This document shows positions 61,514 to 64,000 of a stretch of 64,000 nt of DNA, one piece after another. Source of the stretch: an uncultured Gemmatimonadaceae bacterium (GTDB taxonomy: Bacteria; Gemmatimonadota; Gemmatimonadetes; Gemmatimonadales; Gemmatimonadaceae); contig CAVXGK010000002.1 of the NCBI GenBank assembly GCA_963761305.1, forward strand, positions 704,001 to 768,000, given 5' to 3'. The notes beneath the pieces are model-generated. The model was not told where the DNA came from and searched no databases. It was given only the letters and a program-made list of their open reading frames with translations. The position numbers and the translations under genes were made by a program. How positions within the stretch are numbered: the stretch's first letter is position 1; each line of letters starts with the position of its first letter.

Positions 61514-62070
61514 CGCGACGCGTCGACGAGCTGTCCCCGTCACTCGTCATGCCCGACTGGGCATGCGTGAGCGAAAAGCGGATGGGGCATATCGCCCGCG
61601 TCGTCGCCCTGCTCATGCGGTGGGCGGACGCGCTCGAAGTGCGAGGCGACGAACGGCAGACGTGGTACGACGCCGGACTGCTCCATGACGCGCTCCGCGA
61701 CGCGCCGGAGTCGGGACTGCGCCGATTGTCGGGCGATCTCGTCCGTGAGGAAGAGCTGCTCCACGGACCGGCGGTGGCGAACCTCCTCGCCTCGCAGGCG
61801 AACACCAACACGGCGCTGCTCGACGCGATTCGCTTCCATACGGTCGGCTCGCCGAACTGGGACCGAACGGGCCGCGCCCTCTACATGGCGGATTTCCTCG
61901 AGCCGGGCCGCGGATTCGCGAAACGCGATCGCGCCTTCCTCGCCTATCAGGTACCGCACGATTTCGACGGCGTGTTTCGCCAGGTGCTCCGCGCGCGTCT
62001 AGAGCACGCATTGCGTGAGGGATTTACGCTCTTTCCGGAGACGGTGGGGTTGTGGAACGAAGTCCGGTAA
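61510..62070 (+). CDS. HD-domain hydrolase, YqeK-like (putative Ap4A hydrolase)
   Basis: RMGH, GLLHD, LHGP, AIRFHTVG, LYMADFLEPGR. Confidence 0.8.
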   Translation: MTRRVDELSPSLVMPDWACVSEKRMGHIARVVALLMRWADALEVRGDERQTWYDAGLLHDALRDAPESGLRRLSGDLVREEELLHGPAVANLLASQANTNTALLDAIRFHTVGSPNWDRTGRALYMADFLEPGRGFAKRDRAFLAYQVPHDFDGVFRQVLRARLEHALREGFTLFPETVGLWNEVR

Positions 62071-62504
62071 AGCGGCAGTGGATCGTGCTCGGTGTTTCGA
62101 CGCTGATGGCGATCGGTACGACCGGCGTGGCGATCTCGAGGTCACGCCACCCCGTTCGGACGGTCACCGGCGCGCCGAAAACGCGGCCGGGCGTCGTGGC
62201 GCCCGAGGGCGTTCGAATTCGCGTGCAGGTGCTCAACGGCACCCACGTTCGCGGGTTGGCGCGCCGCGCGACGGCCGTGCTGCGCGATCGTGGATTCGAC
62301 GTCGTGGAAACGGGCACGACCAGCAAGCAAGCCGATACGACGCTCGTCCTCGATCTCTCCGGCCATCCGGATTGGGCGAAGCGAATCGCCTCGCTGTTTC
62401 CGCCGGCGCGCATTCAAGCGCGCACCGACAGCTCACGCTACCTGGATATCGCCGTCGTGATCGGGTCGGCGTGGCGGCCGCCGCCCGAGACGCTCAACCC
62501 GTAG
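62052..62504 (+). CDS. LytR C-terminal domain protein
   Basis: TM anchor, VQVLNGT..GLA, GFDVV, VVIG. Confidence 0.82.
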   Translation: MERSPVKRQWIVLGVSTLMAIGTTGVAISRSRHPVRTVTGAPKTRPGVVAPEGVRIRVQVLNGTHVRGLARRATAVLRDRGFDVVETGTTSKQADTTLVLDLSGHPDWAKRIASLFPPARIQARTDSSRYLDIAVVIGSAWRPPPETLNP

Positions 62505-63524
62505 CTGTCCGCACGCCGCGGCGATGTCCACGCCGCGGCTCTTTCGTATCGCGACCTCGACGTCCGCGTCGCGCAGCTCGCGGGCGAACACGCGGATCTG
62601 GTCGGCCGGCGTCGGAGTGAAACCGCGCGCACCGCCGGGGTGGAGCGGAATCAGGTTCACGAACGCACGGCACTCGCGAGCCAGCGACGCGAGCTGAATC
62701 GCGTGCTCCGGCCCGTCGTTCACGCCGCCCAGCATCACGTACTCGAACGTCACCCGCCGGTCGAACACTTTGGCGGCGCGAATCACGTCGGCAAGTGGAT
62801 ACTTGATGTTGATCGGCATCAGCTCGCGCCGCAGCGAGTCGCTCGGTGCGTGGACGGAGATCGCGAGGCGAAACTGTTCCGGTCGCTCCCCGAGCGCGAC
62901 GATGCCCGGGAGCACGCCGACGGTGGAAATGGTGATGTGCCGCGCGCCGATCCCGAGTCCCGCGGGGTGGTTGAGGATCGTGAGCGCCTTGTCCACCGAC
63001 TTCCAGTTCATGAGCGGCTCGCCCATGCCCATGAATACGACGTTGGTGATCGCGATCGGCGGATCGAGCAAGCGCATCTCGCGCACCTGCGCCGCGATCT
63101 CGAACGCCGAGAGGTTGCGGCTGAACCCCATCGCGCCGGTGGCGCAGAACGCGCACTGCAGCGCGCATCCCGCCTGCGACGAGATACAGAGCGTCGTGCG
63201 ATCGCCCTCGGGAATTGCGACGCTCTCGATCGCTTCGCCGTCGTGCAGTCGGAAGAGAAACTTCTCCGTGCCGTCCACCGACTTCTGACGCGCCGCCACC
63301 TCCAGACGCGGGAGATCGAACGCCTCGGCCAGCGACTCGCGCAGCGCCTTTGGTAGCTCCGTCATGTCGCCGAAGCTCGCCGCCGGATTCGTCCAGAGCC
63401 GGCGCGCGATCTGGGCAGCGCGATACTTCGGCTCGCCCGCGCGCTCGAGGAACGCGGCGAGCGCCGCCTGCGCCGCGTCGGGTGTCATGTCCAGCAGATT
63501 CCCGCGCGTGGGTTGAGAGGTCAC
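62433..63524 (-). CDS. rlmN: 23S rRNA (A2503-C2) methyltransferase, radical SAM
   Basis: CISSQAGCALQCAFC, MGMGEP, ISTVG, FEY, NLIP, AACGQL; GTG start keeps the NLLD motif. Confidence 0.96.
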   Translation of the reverse strand: MTSQPTRGNLLDMTPDAAQAALAAFLERAGEPKYRAAQIARRLWTNPAASFGDMTELPKALRESLAEAFDLPRLEVAARQKSVDGTEKFLFRLHDGEAIESVAIPEGDRTTLCISSQAGCALQCAFCATGAMGFSRNLSAFEIAAQVREMRLLDPPIAITNVVFMGMGEPLMNWKSVDKALTILNHPAGLGIGARHITISTVGVLPGIVALGERPEQFRLAISVHAPSDSLRRELMPINIKYPLADVIRAAKVFDRRVTFEYVMLGGVNDGPEHAIQLASLARECRAFVNLIPLHPGGARGFTPTPADQIRVFARELRDADVEVAIRKSRGVDIAAACGQLRVERLGRRPPRRPDHDGDIQVA

Positions 63525-64000
63525 GGGATGGTGCGAGTCAATAGAAACTGGTAGCTCGCGCCGATCCCCGCGAACCCGTCCTCGCGCCCGACCGCCACGA
63601 CATACGACGCGTACCGAAGTCCGACGCCAAGCCGAAAGCGGCGGTCGCGATCGCCGAAGACGGTCGACCAGTCGAAGCCGCCGGTCGCGTTGAACCAGCG
63701 GTGGTCGACGCTGGTGAATACGTAGTCGTCTCGCCCGCGCGATTGCGTCACCGATGCCGAGTAGCCGACGCGCACGGTGAGCGAGGAATCGCGGCGGTAG
63801 ACCGGTGCGTCGACGGCGGTCATCAACGTCGCGGCGTCTTGCGAGCGGTCGGGGCTGAAGAGAAAGGTCGATGCGGCCGCACGCAGGGGCGTGCCGAGAA
63901 TTCGGTCGACAATCACACCCCCGTCGAGCGACAGCGCGCTTCCTTGATCCTGGTCCACCGTCGCCCATCGATAACGGGCAGCGACTCCGGCCGACCAAGT
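63521..64000 (-). CDS. Hypothetical protein, beta-barrel-like C-terminus (5' end outside window)
   Basis: Frame open to the window edge; alternating hydrophobic strands (VRVGYS, LGVGLRY, IGASYQF). Confidence 0.6.
   Translation of the reverse strand, partial: TWSAGVAARYRWATVDQDQGSALSLDGGVIVDRILGTPLRAAASTFLFSPDRSQDAATLMTAVDAPVYRRDSSLTVRVGYSASVTQSRGRDDYVFTSVDHRWFNATGGFDWSTVFGDRDRRFRLGVGLRYASYVVAVGREDGFAGIGASYQFLLTRTIP

Noticed and set aside
1..64000. Prophage, IS, integron, defence system, tRNA or rRNA
   Set aside because: No hallmark genes or RNA signatures recognised by eye; a covariance-model search would be needed to exclude small RNAs.

Overview
High-GC bacterial chromosomal window; gene content and order suggest Gemmatimonadota (inference, not tested). 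It has two halves. (1) About 1-33.5 kb is an accessory stress, carbohydrate and signalling region: MDR oxidoreductase (cut by the left edge and absent from the ORF track), Dps, a tripartite RND pump, GH15, GH65 plus beta-PGM, an SDR, a di-haem peroxidase, hydrolases, AraC, a MASE1 kinase / ECF sigma / Ser-Thr kinase / cNMP-domain histidine kinase cluster, a vanadium-haloperoxidase-like lipoprotein, an HhH-GPD protein, two apparent gene remnants and two tandem repeats. (2) About 33.7-64 kb is core genes: a ~17 kb minus-strand run truA-htrA-purB-purC-psd-pssA-purS-purQ-hyp-purL-purF-ppdK-GT4-deacetylase-flippase, then GAF-trpD, lexA, trpC-trpF-trpB-HEAT-HD-GYP-trpA-folB-folK-yqeK-LytR_C, and rlmN. 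I recognised no rRNA, tRNA, CRISPR array, integrase or transposase. Most notable: an 11-bp tandem repeat forming an unbroken chain of GTGA stop/start mini-ORFs between the ECF sigma gene and its kinase; a doubled CCGAA-N6-CCGAA direct repeat over the predicted lexA promoter (candidate SOS box); a HexSDF-like glycolipid trio; a 23-bp motif shared by two upstream regions; a ~135-nt imperfect hairpin. All product calls come from motifs recognised by eye, with no database search, and many start codons were re-chosen by hand.
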